Notes: generated by a model from the sequence alone, not told the origin. Positions 18,399 through 27,976 are shown, counted from the first letter of the stretch. The stretch: DNA of 60,167 nt from Desulfurococcales archaeon (GCA_027030065.1 JALVFK010000218.1:1-60167); one strand, 5' to 3'. Numbers and translations are program-made.

Positions 18399-19304
18399 TT
18401 AGTCAGAGCAGAATGCTACTAGTCTACAGAACGCTGATTCACCGCCCATGAACTTGAATGGGAATGCTGAGATTACACATCTTCTGTTAAGTACTTGCTC
18501 TATTTCACCGCCAGCGTTCTCCACGTGTAGTATGCCCTTGGGGAATAGGTATGTGTGCATTAACTGGTAGTTCTCCGGCCATGGCATGGCTTCGTCTACT
18601 GATACACCATACTTCTTCTTGAATTCCTCCGCTATATCCGGTCTTACTCTCCTAATCACAGTATTTAGTGGATGGTCTTGTGATACAGCGTCTACAGCTG
18701 TCCACTTTATCTTCTTCTTGATTAACCAGTCTGCAAACTCTTTCTTAGGGCCTGGATGCTTTAGCATGTATCTTACTGTATCTGCTCCGGGCTGATACCA
18801 TGCATACTTGCTATAGCCAGTATATATTACTAGTACGTCTCCCTCCTTTATCTCTAGGTTGTATTCCTTTGCTCTCTTCTCAATCATTTCTGACGTATAT
18901 ATTCCTAGGTCATCAACCATGTCACTTATATCAATTATTACTCCCTCGCTGATCCAGTACTCAATAGGAATACTGCCAATGTCCAAACCTGCTGGATCAA
19001 AGTGTAATGGACCATCCATGTGTGTGCCTATGTGGAGTGGTGTTTGTATGTATTGTGCCTGTACTCCGTGCTCTGTTACTACCTTAATCCACTTGAACTC
19101 AAATGGAGGATATGTTGGGAATGGTGGTGTTAGGTTGCTCAGGGGCTGTGAAAGATCGTATACCTTTACATTTGACCAGTCAACGTATTTTGTCCAATCG
19201 AATTTCGGTTTACCCTCTTTCTCTATTTTCTCAACGAATTCCTCAAGAATGTTACCTACTCTAGCCTTCCATTTTTTATTTGATGGAGGATATAGGTATG
19301 CCAT
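18399..19304 (-). CDS. cyclase-family metal-dependent hydrolase (kynurenine formamidase-like)
   Basis: 301 aa. HIGTHMDGPLHF = H-x-G-T-H-x-D-x-P-x-H cyclase-family motif. Confidence 0.75.
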   Translation of the reverse strand: MAYLYPPSNKKWKARVGNILEEFVEKIEKEGKPKFDWTKYVDWSNVKVYDLSQPLSNLTPPFPTYPPFEFKWIKVVTEHGVQAQYIQTPLHIGTHMDGPLHFDPAGLDIGSIPIEYWISEGVIIDISDMVDDLGIYTSEMIEKRAKEYNLEIKEGDVLVIYTGYSKYAWYQPGADTVRYMLKHPGPKKEFADWLIKKKIKWTAVDAVSQDHPLNTVIRRVRPDIAEEFKKKYGVSVDEAMPWPENYQLMHTYLFPKGILHVENAGGEIEQVLNRRCVISAFPFKFMGGESAFCRLVAFCSD

Positions 19305-19409
19305 AAGAACGCACCTACGTGGAATAAGTGGTTCTATCTTTGCTTTTAAGTTTTACTTATTTCGTAATTGAGTGTACCGTAATAAATAATTATTTACGTT
19401 ACTTTACGA

Positions 19410-20357
19410 TTAATTTTCAAAAAACAATTTAAAATATTCTTCGATAAATTCTCCCCTATGGATAGATTCTAGAATTACAGCTAAAGCAGCTAAAACACCT
19501 AAAGCCATATCTAGCCCGGAGGTATGACCCACGGATAACAATGAAAGAAAGTAATTTATGGTGTCTTTGTATTCCATTTTAAAAATGCTTTCTATAAAAC
19601 CTTCTAGAATATTACTAAACAACCCCAAGTGATTATAATACAATAAATATCCGCTTACCCAATTAGTCTTCTTAAAGACTAAGTTTTTATTAAGAATCAA
19701 TGGCTTCAAAGTATTGCACGAAAGATAAATGTTAACTGTGCCAAGTAGTCCTCCAAAAAAGTCGTCTGTTGAGGGTGTTACTCCATAACCCAATCCAAGC
19801 ATTGAATACATCTCTTGCATAATTACACTATCTTTTTCAATTATATATTTTTTAATCCCATATAGTATGTCAAGTATTTTTGTCTCCATATTCATTTTTT
19901 CAACTAGTTCTAAAATATTGTTTGGTTTATCAATAATATCTAGGAAGAAACTAACCCTATTATACAAATCCGCTAGAAATCCCATGAGCTCCCGTTTTCT
20001 AACATTACTAACTAGTTTGCAGATACCGCAAACACGTGGAGTAGCTATTTTTTCTCTACGTAGCTCTATACGTATTTTGAGATCACCACCGACAATGATG
20101 AATGGTTTATCGAAAAATACATTTTCATAAGGTCTCACATATTCTTGAAAGTTCACAAACCATATTTGATTATAATTTACATTCACATATATGGGTGAGG
20201 AATAATTTAATGCTGTAATTGAGAGAAGCTTGTTATTTATGTCACGTATGTTTATTGTTCTGCGAAATACGTTTACGACCTCGCCTACAATACTTTTATC
20301 CTTTATAACAAATGGGATCCATAGAGAACCTATTTTACCAGCATTAAACTCTGTCAA
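19410..20357 (-). CDS. allH: DUF2877 / AllH (YlbF)-like protein
   Basis: 315 aa. GLGYGVTPSTDDFFGGLLG resembles the G.G.GLTPSGDD motif I associate with DUF2877. It sits between fdrA and the DUF1116 gene, as in the E. coli fdrA-ylbE-ylbF cluster. Confidence 0.6.
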   Translation of the reverse strand: MTEFNAGKIGSLWIPFVIKDKSIVGEVVNVFRRTINIRDINNKLLSITALNYSSPIYVNVNYNQIWFVNFQEYVRPYENVFFDKPFIIVGGDLKIRIELRREKIATPRVCGICKLVSNVRKRELMGFLADLYNRVSFFLDIIDKPNNILELVEKMNMETKILDILYGIKKYIIEKDSVIMQEMYSMLGLGYGVTPSTDDFFGGLLGTVNIYLSCNTLKPLILNKNLVFKKTNWVSGYLLYYNHLGLFSNILEGFIESIFKMEYKDTINYFLSLLSVGHTSGLDMALGVLAALAVILESIHRGEFIEEYFKLFFEN

Positions 20358-20436
20358 GAATATAATGCCTTTGCTAAACTATGTAATTATTGTTTAAAAA
20401 GAATAGTTATATTTATTAGATGTTTTGCTTTTGCGA

Positions 20437-21741
20437 TCATATTCCGTAGACTTCTGCGAATCTTCTTAGTGCTGCTTTGAAGTGATCTATAGGGAATACT
20501 ACTATACCTGCGCCTATTTGTCCTACTCCTGGTTCTTTGTGTGCTATACCAGTGTTTATTGTTGGTGTTATACCCGTGGCTACTACTTTTCTAATGTCTA
20601 CTCCTGTTGGCGTACCCTGGAAGTTTAGGTAGGGTATTGTGAAGTATTTGTGCTTGGTATATGTTATCTGGTACATTTTCTTAGTATTCTCGATCGCGAA
20701 TTCTACTGATCCACCAACCCATGACACTATTGCTGGTGCCGCAGCCATAGCGAAGCCTCCGAATCCTGCTGTCTCCGTTATACTGCTGTCTCCTATGTCT
20801 GGGTTAGCGTCTTTCTCTGAGTATCCTGGGAACCATACTCCCTTGGGTACTGGTGCTGGTGCTGTAAACCATTCGTTGCCTAGACCGCTTACCCATATGG
20901 CTGTGTCGGTACCGTTTCTGGTCATCACAGTTACTATTGTGCTATACTTTATGTTGTGGGCTGCTAGGGTCATTGCCTTAGCTGAAGCCATACCTAAGTT
21001 TAGTGTTGTGAACGGATTGCGCGCCATGAAGTCGTATGCTTCTAGTATCATCTTTTTGTCTAGGTCTGTCTTAACTAGGTATGGTGCTATTTCTTTTAGG
21101 AAGAGAGTTGTAGTTGCAACGTATCTGTTGTGGCACTCGTCTCCCATGTGGAGGGCTTGAGCAATTAAGGGTTTAAACTCTAAACCGGGCTTACCATCTT
21201 TCTTTATCTCTTCTATAACTGCCTTGAGAACTGGGTATAGGACATCCCTCATCCAGTTGAGTCTATCGATAACCTCCTTACTGTATGCACCATATCTCAG
21301 AACCTTACCTATACCCTCATTCATGTTACTATAAGCATAGTTGCCGAACTTTTTATCATAAACTATATATACAGGCATTGAAGGTGATACAACGCCAGCC
21401 ATAGGACCGACTACATTATGAGGGTGCGTGGGCTCGAAGACAACCTCGCCTGTTCTCAGAAGCCTCTCAGCTTCCTCAGGCGTACTTGCCCATCCCTCAT
21501 AAATACAAGCACCAATTAGTGCACCCTTGAGCGGGCCAGAAGCTCTCTCCCATGTTACTGGGGGTCCCGCGTGTAAGAGCATTCTATCTTTCATGCCAGG
21601 TATTACTTTAATAGCTAGATCCATGTCAACCCAAACGGGTTCGGCCTCCATCATGTTTTCAACAGCTTTCTTGTTTGCCTTTTCTATTTCTTCTTTAATA
21701 CTAGAAGATTTTTCTATTTTCTTAGCTTCTTTATTAGACAT
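20437..21741 (-). CDS. allG: DUF1116 / AllG (YlbE)-like protein
   Basis: 434 aa. LLHAGPPVTWERASGPLKGALIGACIYEGWA, NVVGPMAGV, NEGIGKVLRYGAY, GDSSITETAGFGG and INTGIAHKEPGVGQIGAG follow the E. coli YlbE sequence closely (from memory). Confidence 0.85.
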   Translation of the reverse strand: MSNKEAKKIEKSSSIKEEIEKANKKAVENMMEAEPVWVDMDLAIKVIPGMKDRMLLHAGPPVTWERASGPLKGALIGACIYEGWASTPEEAERLLRTGEVVFEPTHPHNVVGPMAGVVSPSMPVYIVYDKKFGNYAYSNMNEGIGKVLRYGAYSKEVIDRLNWMRDVLYPVLKAVIEEIKKDGKPGLEFKPLIAQALHMGDECHNRYVATTTLFLKEIAPYLVKTDLDKKMILEAYDFMARNPFTTLNLGMASAKAMTLAAHNIKYSTIVTVMTRNGTDTAIWVSGLGNEWFTAPAPVPKGVWFPGYSEKDANPDIGDSSITETAGFGGFAMAAAPAIVSWVGGSVEFAIENTKKMYQITYTKHKYFTIPYLNFQGTPTGVDIRKVVATGITPTINTGIAHKEPGVGQIGAGIVVFPIDHFKAALRRFAEVYGI

Positions 21742-21809
21742 AAGAACACCACACTCTACTATTATGATAAACGCATAAATAAAAACTTTACCAACAACTA
21801 CGACAAGGA

Positions 21810-22331
21810 GTGCCAGTAAAAGAGTCTTGGGGTTCGAAGAAGTTGTGGAATGAGATTATACATAACTTAAAGAATATACTTATAGAACATGGTTTCACGA
21901 TAAGAGAACTTGAAAACCAAGATGTAACTGCTGTAAAGAAACTGAAGAGAATAGGGTTAAAGAGGCGCTTAATATTCTTCTACATAACTAAGACCGATCT
22001 TCTAACATTGAAGGAAGCAAAGAGGATAAACAAATTATTTAATAAATATAAGCCGGGAGGGGTGAGTATGTTCTTTTACTATAATATCGTGATAGTTGCA
22101 AAAGATTTTGAACGTGAGGCTCTCCAGTTCATAAGGGAGAAAATGACTGAGGCCTGGAATATAGAGGGTGCTTTTACATGGAATGTCCTAGCGTCTTCCT
22201 ATACTAAGGTGACACATTTATTCGATACCAGTAGGCAAACAGTATTGTATCCTTATGATTATGAATATATGAAGATGCTTATGCATCCAGAAGTTGTTGT
22301 GATAATAAACGAGTTATTAGAAAAAATATAA
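21810..22331 (+). CDS. hypothetical protein (possible restriction-endonuclease-like fold)
   Basis: 173 aa with GTG start. It is the only plus-strand gene in the array and shares a pattern with the N-domain of the 25322-26566 product (GF.I ... hydrophobic strand ... IVIVAK ... EA..F). Confidence 0.45.
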   Translation: MPVKESWGSKKLWNEIIHNLKNILIEHGFTIRELENQDVTAVKKLKRIGLKRRLIFFYITKTDLLTLKEAKRINKLFNKYKPGGVSMFFYYNIVIVAKDFEREALQFIREKMTEAWNIEGAFTWNVLASSYTKVTHLFDTSRQTVLYPYDYEYMKMLMHPEVVVIINELLEKI

Positions 22332-22376
22332 TAGTATGTGAAAATGATTTAACTTTGTACTAAACTCTTATCAGCC

Positions 22377-23993
22377 TTAGCCTAGCCAGTCGGGATGCGT
22401 TATACCTCTCTCCTCTGGCGTGCCTGGTATTATGTTATCCAGTAGTATTCCTAGTATAGCACCAACAGCCATACCAGTCCTTAGTATGATTACAATTATC
22501 TGCGCCAGCCACTCCCAGCCCGGTGGAAACGCTGCCATTACTAAGTCTGCTCCGGTTTGTCCGCCCCAGTTAGCATTGTCCATTATATACGGTATTGCTA
22601 GTCCCGAGAATGACGATATACCTACTATGAATAGGTTTCTAGCCGACTTTAGATCGGCTAGCGATAGTAATGATATACCTACTGCTGCAATTAGACCGAA
22701 AGTGGCAAAGTACATTCCGGCAATTATTGGGAAGGGCATCGTTGCCATAAAGGCGCCCCAGACGTATAGGATACCGCCTAGGAATAGTATTATTAGACCT
22801 CCTGTCTGGAAGACTATTCTGCTGGCAACTCTTGTTAGACCGATAGCACCAATGTTCTCTGAATAGCTTGTTGTACCAGCTTGTGCACCGAAGATACCAC
22901 CTATGAAGCAACCGAGACCCTCTGCTCCAAGTCCTTTGCTTATCATCTTCTCTGTTGGAGGTGGCGCTTCTGACATTCTACATACTGAGTGATAGTCTCC
23001 TATGGATTCAACCATGCTTGCCAGGTATCCAGCAAGCATACCTAGTGTAAATGCTGGTACAAACTTTGGTGGACCCCATGGGAATGGTATTGGTGCTCTG
23101 ATATATGTGCCCGTTCTAACCATTTCTGTTATAGTATATGTGTTTATAGCACAGAAACCTCCAATAGCACCAGTAAACGTTAATATTGCTGCAACCAACC
23201 ATGCCAGAAGAATTGATGTTAGTATCGAGAACATTTGTATCTTAACATACTTGCTGCCTATAATCTGGTTTAATAATACTATCAATACTATTACTAATAC
23301 ACCCTCCCACCAGCAGCCGTGGAAGTTCGTGCCTCCAGGTGCCCCATATAGTGTTAGACCTATTAGCATGACAGTAGGTCCTATAGAGACTGGCGTTATA
23401 ACACGTTTTACCTTACCCATTATGCCAGAGTATCCTAGGAAGATCTCGAACAATGCACCAGTGAATACCGCTGTACTTACATAGTTTGCAACTGTCGTAG
23501 CACGCGTCCATGGATCCGTATTAGCTATGAAATCGTCAAGGCTAGCATAGCCTTCTAGCTGAGCTATTACGGCACCAGCTGTTATGATGCTTATTGCAGG
23601 GCCGAGGAATGAGAACGATGACCCTTGAATGATTGGTAGACCGCTTCCTGTCTTAGGCCATGTCTGCAATAATGTTGCAATACCAGCCACGAAGAAGGTT
23701 ATTGTCACTAATTCTGCTATAAACCGTCTTGTAACTTCTTCCGGTAGCTGATACGTGTTCGCGACAATACCGGATAGAATCATTGGTACTGCTATTGTAG
23801 CACCGAACATTATAAGATATTGCTGTATACCTAGTGCTATTGTGAGCGCCCAAGATTCTGGCTTATCTTCAATTCCATAGATTAACCATTTTCTTTTGGC
23901 TTTCTTAGCTAACTCCTGCCATTCTTCAAAAGTAGTTATTCTTTTCCTTTGAGGTTGAGCCTCGGCACTCACAGAATACCCCCTTTTTAACAT
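22377..23993 (-). CDS. NCS2/NAT-family nucleobase:cation symporter
   Basis: 538 aa, about 13-14 TM. N-terminal YGIEDKPESWALTIALGIQQYLIMFGATIAVP. NAT signature SENIGAIGLTRVASR. Confidence 0.88.
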   Translation of the reverse strand: MLKRGYSVSAEAQPQRKRITTFEEWQELAKKAKRKWLIYGIEDKPESWALTIALGIQQYLIMFGATIAVPMILSGIVANTYQLPEEVTRRFIAELVTITFFVAGIATLLQTWPKTGSGLPIIQGSSFSFLGPAISIITAGAVIAQLEGYASLDDFIANTDPWTRATTVANYVSTAVFTGALFEIFLGYSGIMGKVKRVITPVSIGPTVMLIGLTLYGAPGGTNFHGCWWEGVLVIVLIVLLNQIIGSKYVKIQMFSILTSILLAWLVAAILTFTGAIGGFCAINTYTITEMVRTGTYIRAPIPFPWGPPKFVPAFTLGMLAGYLASMVESIGDYHSVCRMSEAPPPTEKMISKGLGAEGLGCFIGGIFGAQAGTTSYSENIGAIGLTRVASRIVFQTGGLIILFLGGILYVWGAFMATMPFPIIAGMYFATFGLIAAVGISLLSLADLKSARNLFIVGISSFSGLAIPYIMDNANWGGQTGADLVMAAFPPGWEWLAQIIVIILRTGMAVGAILGILLDNIIPGTPEERGITHPDWLG

Positions 23994-24180
23994 TTATTAT
24001 AGCTAATGCGATCATTTATAAGCTTTCCTAAATTTATTACTGTGGAGCAGTTTTATAGGACGGTAATAACTTAGTCTTATCTTTTAGAAGGTCGACTATT
24101 AAATGATTTATGTATAAGATTGATTAGGGTACACCACAAAAAATAGAGGTAGCTAACCATATACTGGGTGTTACCTAGTA

Positions 24181-24837
24181 TTGTCTGAAAAAGAGAAAAA
24201 GAAATTGAGGGCGATAGTTTACGACATTGTCCCCAGCGGCAGTGAGAGTCGTATGAGAGAGCTTGTCGAAAAAACTTTTGATGAATACATAGTCGTGAAA
24301 GAATATGTTGAAAAGGAGGGAGTTGTTGAAACATATGGACGTATGCCCGTTCTAAGTGAGATGCTTACAGATATAATAAGAGATAAAGTTAGAGCTGATG
24401 TTGTTATTATTAAGAGTATTAAGTCGTTGAAGGGTAGCGATAAACTATTATTTGTTAAGAGAATATTGGAACTTAAGAATATGAAACTCGTATCATTGTC
24501 ATCTAGAGATAATAAATTGCTTAAGCTTTCAACAAGGGATTTATTTAATAGGATTATGTATGCCAAAATCTATGATATAGCTGGCTACTTCATAATAGTG
24601 TTGTCAACACTTTTAATGTGGTTTCTATTCAGAAATCTTGTATTCACATTATTGTTTCTTGCAGTGGCGACAGTCGTATCGGTATTTCATTACCGTAGAG
24701 GGTTAAAGGCACGAAGATATACCGAAAAACTCCTACGGAAACTACTTGAAATGAAACTACCTAAAGATACTAGAAGAATACGTATACGTATAAGCGAGTT
24801 TGGTGCAGAAATGATAGAAGAAAAAGGAGAAACATAG
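24181..24837 (+). CDS. hypothetical membrane protein with resolvase-like N-terminal domain
   Basis: 218 aa with TTG start. Residues 10-105 follow a serine-recombinase-like beta/alpha pattern (AIVYDIV.S..E ... GRMPVLSEML ... ADVVIIKSIKSLKG ... LELKNMKLVSLS). Two TM helices and a basic tail follow. Confidence 0.45.
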   Translation: MSEKEKKKLRAIVYDIVPSGSESRMRELVEKTFDEYIVVKEYVEKEGVVETYGRMPVLSEMLTDIIRDKVRADVVIIKSIKSLKGSDKLLFVKRILELKNMKLVSLSSRDNKLLKLSTRDLFNRIMYAKIYDIAGYFIIVLSTLLMWFLFRNLVFTLLFLAVATVVSVFHYRRGLKARRYTEKLLRKLLEMKLPKDTRRIRIRISEFGAEMIEEKGET

Positions 24838-24872
24838 TAATAAAAACCTTACGTTAGTCAGAGACATATTAC

Positions 24873-25226
24873 TCACTTTATTGCTTTTGAACCTCTCTCC
24901 CCGGTTCTAATTCTTATTACATCTTCTACTGGTATTATGAATATCTTTCCGTCTCCTGGAACACCTCTTCTAACAGTCCTCATAATAATGTCTATTATCT
25001 TATTGACCTCATTGTCATCTACGACTATTTCAACCTTTACTCTTGGTAAAAGATCGTAATACTCGACTCCCTCAGGCCATTTATATCTTATTCCTCCTTG
25101 TCTCCCCCTTCCCCGAACAGAGTAAGCTGTAAGGGGAGAGAGGCCAGCTTCGCTTAGCGCCTTCTTGAGGGAGTCTAATGCTTCTTCTCTTATTATTACT
25201 TCTATTTTCTTCACAATAAAACCCAA
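24873..25226 (-). CDS. PII nitrogen regulatory protein (GlnB/GlnK family)
   Basis: 117 aa. KIEVIIREEALDSLKKAL, T-loop RGRGRQGG, C-terminal GDGKIFIIPVEDVIRIRTGERG. Confidence 0.9.
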   Translation of the reverse strand: MGFIVKKIEVIIREEALDSLKKALSEAGLSPLTAYSVRGRGRQGGIRYKWPEGVEYYDLLPRVKVEIVVDDNEVNKIIDIIMRTVRRGVPGDGKIFIIPVEDVIRIRTGERGSKAIK

Positions 25227-25321
25227 GTATTGATTAATGTCTTCAATACGTAATATATTTTTTGTATGAATAAAATATTATTTTAGCCGAACTACTATAT
25301 AAGTACTATATATGAAAAACT

Positions 25322-26566
25322 CTACGGTATAAGTCCTTTTTCTTTGATTTTTTCGAGTATATCAAGATTCGAGAATATCTTGTAGAAGGAATTCTTCTCT
25401 TCAAGTGTTATTCCATCAAGAATCAATAACTTTGATGTTTTCTCACCATTCTCAGATTTTATAGCCGCATAAAACGGGTAATACACTATGTATATTTTTT
25501 CAGTTTTTCCGTTTAACGCTTCAACTAAATCTACAAAACGCGTAATACATGTTCTCAGCGGTAATAAGATTCTCCCCTTAGACTCTGTAGGAGCGCCACG
25601 ATGTATTGGAGCGTTTTTAACTTTTGCTATTGTTAATGGGTCTACGAATTTACTCAGTATCGAGTACCTTACCTCTACCATGTCACCAAAGATGTCAAGC
25701 AATGATTTATTTGATAGCCTACCAAGTATAGTACGTAATTTTTCTTTAGATACCCCTAAGCCTTCCTCAATATCAGTTATAGCTACAGTACCTTCCTCTG
25801 ATATCTTTTTTAATACAGTTATAGCTTCAGTTGAGAAATCGGAAAACTTTCCTAGTACCTCATCTAGCCCAATAGAGAACCCCTCCTTTACCACTGCATA
25901 ACCTTCCAGTCCATCAAATACTAGTTTGCCTTTTACCACACTTACTTCTTCCCTTACTATGTCTTTCTCTGCTATATGAATGTCTAAGACTACGAGTGGA
26001 ACGAATATGAGGGTATAATGTGTTATTCTCGACTTGTTTCTACGTAGAATAGATGATTTATTGGTTTTCTTATAGAATATTTTTAATGCTTGTTCTGGTC
26101 CTATTACTGGCTCTATATGATACTCTTCGTAGAATCTTTCTTTACTCCAAATACTTTTATCAATATTTAGGTCTTCAGTAGGTCTCACGATATCTATGCC
26201 GTATCTCTTCGCTAATTCAAAGGCTTCAGAATCTACTTCTTTAAGAGCCACAATAACTATTTTGTCTAAGGGGAGTTCGCTTTTCCATGCAATATATTTC
26301 TCCACTGTATCTAGATTGATATTATCTCTTATAAGAATGAAACCTATCCTAAGTAGAGCACCGGGTATAGGTGCAAATTCCGCTACTATGTCAAAGATAT
26401 GACTAACACGACCTTCACCTAACACAGGGTAATTTGTATGAATACTAAATCCCTGACTCTTTAACCTGGATATGATCCAAGTCCTTACATACTCGTACCC
26501 ATTTCTATGAACGCGTTCCCCTATAACATTTTTATGATCAATTGTATCCTCAACGTTTGATGCCAT
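25322..26566 (-). CDS. hypothetical protein: restriction-endonuclease-like N-domain plus winged-helix region
   Basis: 414 aa. The N-domain (SHIFDIVAEF ... RIGFILIRD ... IVIVALKEVDSEAFELAKRYGIDIV) is Mrr-like by pattern. The central ITVLKKISEEGTVAITDIEEGLGVSKEKLRTILGRLSNKSLL is wHTH-like. Confidence 0.45.
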   Translation of the reverse strand: MASNVEDTIDHKNVIGERVHRNGYEYVRTWIISRLKSQGFSIHTNYPVLGEGRVSHIFDIVAEFAPIPGALLRIGFILIRDNINLDTVEKYIAWKSELPLDKIVIVALKEVDSEAFELAKRYGIDIVRPTEDLNIDKSIWSKERFYEEYHIEPVIGPEQALKIFYKKTNKSSILRRNKSRITHYTLIFVPLVVLDIHIAEKDIVREEVSVVKGKLVFDGLEGYAVVKEGFSIGLDEVLGKFSDFSTEAITVLKKISEEGTVAITDIEEGLGVSKEKLRTILGRLSNKSLLDIFGDMVEVRYSILSKFVDPLTIAKVKNAPIHRGAPTESKGRILLPLRTCITRFVDLVEALNGKTEKIYIVYYPFYAAIKSENGEKTSKLLILDGITLEEKNSFYKIFSNLDILEKIKEKGLIP

Positions 26567-26689
26567 CAGTCTCTACCCCACTCCAGTTATACCTGCTCCT
26601 ATCTCCTTCTAACGGTGAAATGCTTACGCAAACCGCCCTTTTAAATAATGTTTTTCTAGTATTACCTTATCTGTTTATAGTAATTTTGT

Positions 26690-27865
26690 TTACACAGTAG
26701 TTTTTCTCGAATACAAAGTCTTCAATAATATTGGGACAATTAGTGAGGTTACTGGCAATACCATTAGTATACCCGTATAAATGTGTGTTTGAATGAGCCC
26801 TAATTGAAGACTTAGAGTTGCGGAAGTTAACATTACTTCTGCCCTAGGCATCATACCGATACCTATTATTAGAGAATCTATATTGGAGAATCCAGCTATA
26901 CGTGCCGCTATATAGCAACCGAATACCTTAGAGACCATTGCTAAGAGAATTAATGTTACTACTATGTAAGTATAATGGCCTATTTCGTATTCTACTAGTT
27001 CTTCAAGTTCCACGATAACGCCTGCATAGACGAAAAACAAAGGTGTAAATAGGGCTACTACTGGTGCTATGTCTTGGCTTAAACGGTGAGCTAGATAGGG
27101 ATAGCTTGCTAAACCTAGGCCGAAAGCGTATGCCAGTAGTATAGCACTTAGCTTAATGTATGATGCAAGATACGATAATAGCATGAGGATTATGAAGATT
27201 ATAGTTATTAATGGGGCTTCCATTCTCGTCCGCATGAGAGTCTTAAATAGAGGTCTTGACATAAATTGAAATCCAAAGGAAACTGCTAACCAGAAGGCGA
27301 AAGCTAGTGCTGAGACACCTATAATGCTATCCAGAGATATTATACCTTCCTTAATTCCTGGAAGAGTACTTAGAAGAGCTAGGCCTAAAACGTCGTCAAC
27401 AACTGCTGCTCCCACAATTGCGTTTGCTTCACGACTATTTAGAGAACCTAATTCTTCTAGAGTTTTAACCGTTAGGCTAACTGATGTAGCTGAGAGTATA
27501 ACTCCTATAGCGATAGCTTCTGTAAAAGAAACATGAAGTAAGGGAATTGTTGCTAGGCCAGCGAGAATAGCTCCAACTACACCCCCTACAGCTATTATAC
27601 CAGAACTTTTTAGTCCCCGGAAAAACTCTCGAGTCGAACTCTCAAGTCCTGCATTAAATAAAAGAGTTATAATGCCTAAGAGAGCTAGGGCATGTATAAC
27701 ATCCGATACTGTAAAATCTATTGCCGATAGTAACAGACCTACTATTACATATCCGAGGACTCTTGGAAGCCCTATCTTTACGAAGAATATCTCCGAGAGC
27801 TTAGCTAAGCCTAGGAGTATAGCGAACTCCAGCATCCAGGAAGCCGTTAGTCCTTCGGCAACCAT
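26690..27865 (-). CDS. cation:proton antiporter (CPA2 / Kef-NapA type)
   Basis: 391 aa, about 12 TM. Typical N-terminus LLGLAKLSEIFFVKIGLPRVLGYVIVGLLL and an internal VVDDVLGL motif. Confidence 0.85.
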   Translation of the reverse strand: MVAEGLTASWMLEFAILLGLAKLSEIFFVKIGLPRVLGYVIVGLLLSAIDFTVSDVIHALALLGIITLLFNAGLESSTREFFRGLKSSGIIAVGGVVGAILAGLATIPLLHVSFTEAIAIGVILSATSVSLTVKTLEELGSLNSREANAIVGAAVVDDVLGLALLSTLPGIKEGIISLDSIIGVSALAFAFWLAVSFGFQFMSRPLFKTLMRTRMEAPLITIIFIILMLLSYLASYIKLSAILLAYAFGLGLASYPYLAHRLSQDIAPVVALFTPLFFVYAGVIVELEELVEYEIGHYTYIVVTLILLAMVSKVFGCYIAARIAGFSNIDSLIIGIGMMPRAEVMLTSATLSLQLGLIQTHIYTGILMVLPVTSLIVPILLKTLYSRKTTV

Positions 27866-27976
27866 TCATTGGCACCAGTATTGGACATATTGGATACTAG
27901 GTTATTATCTATGCTAACTATGAAGAGCGGGAAAAATACAAGTTACGGTTCCAGAAAACATTATTTTATATAAGTA

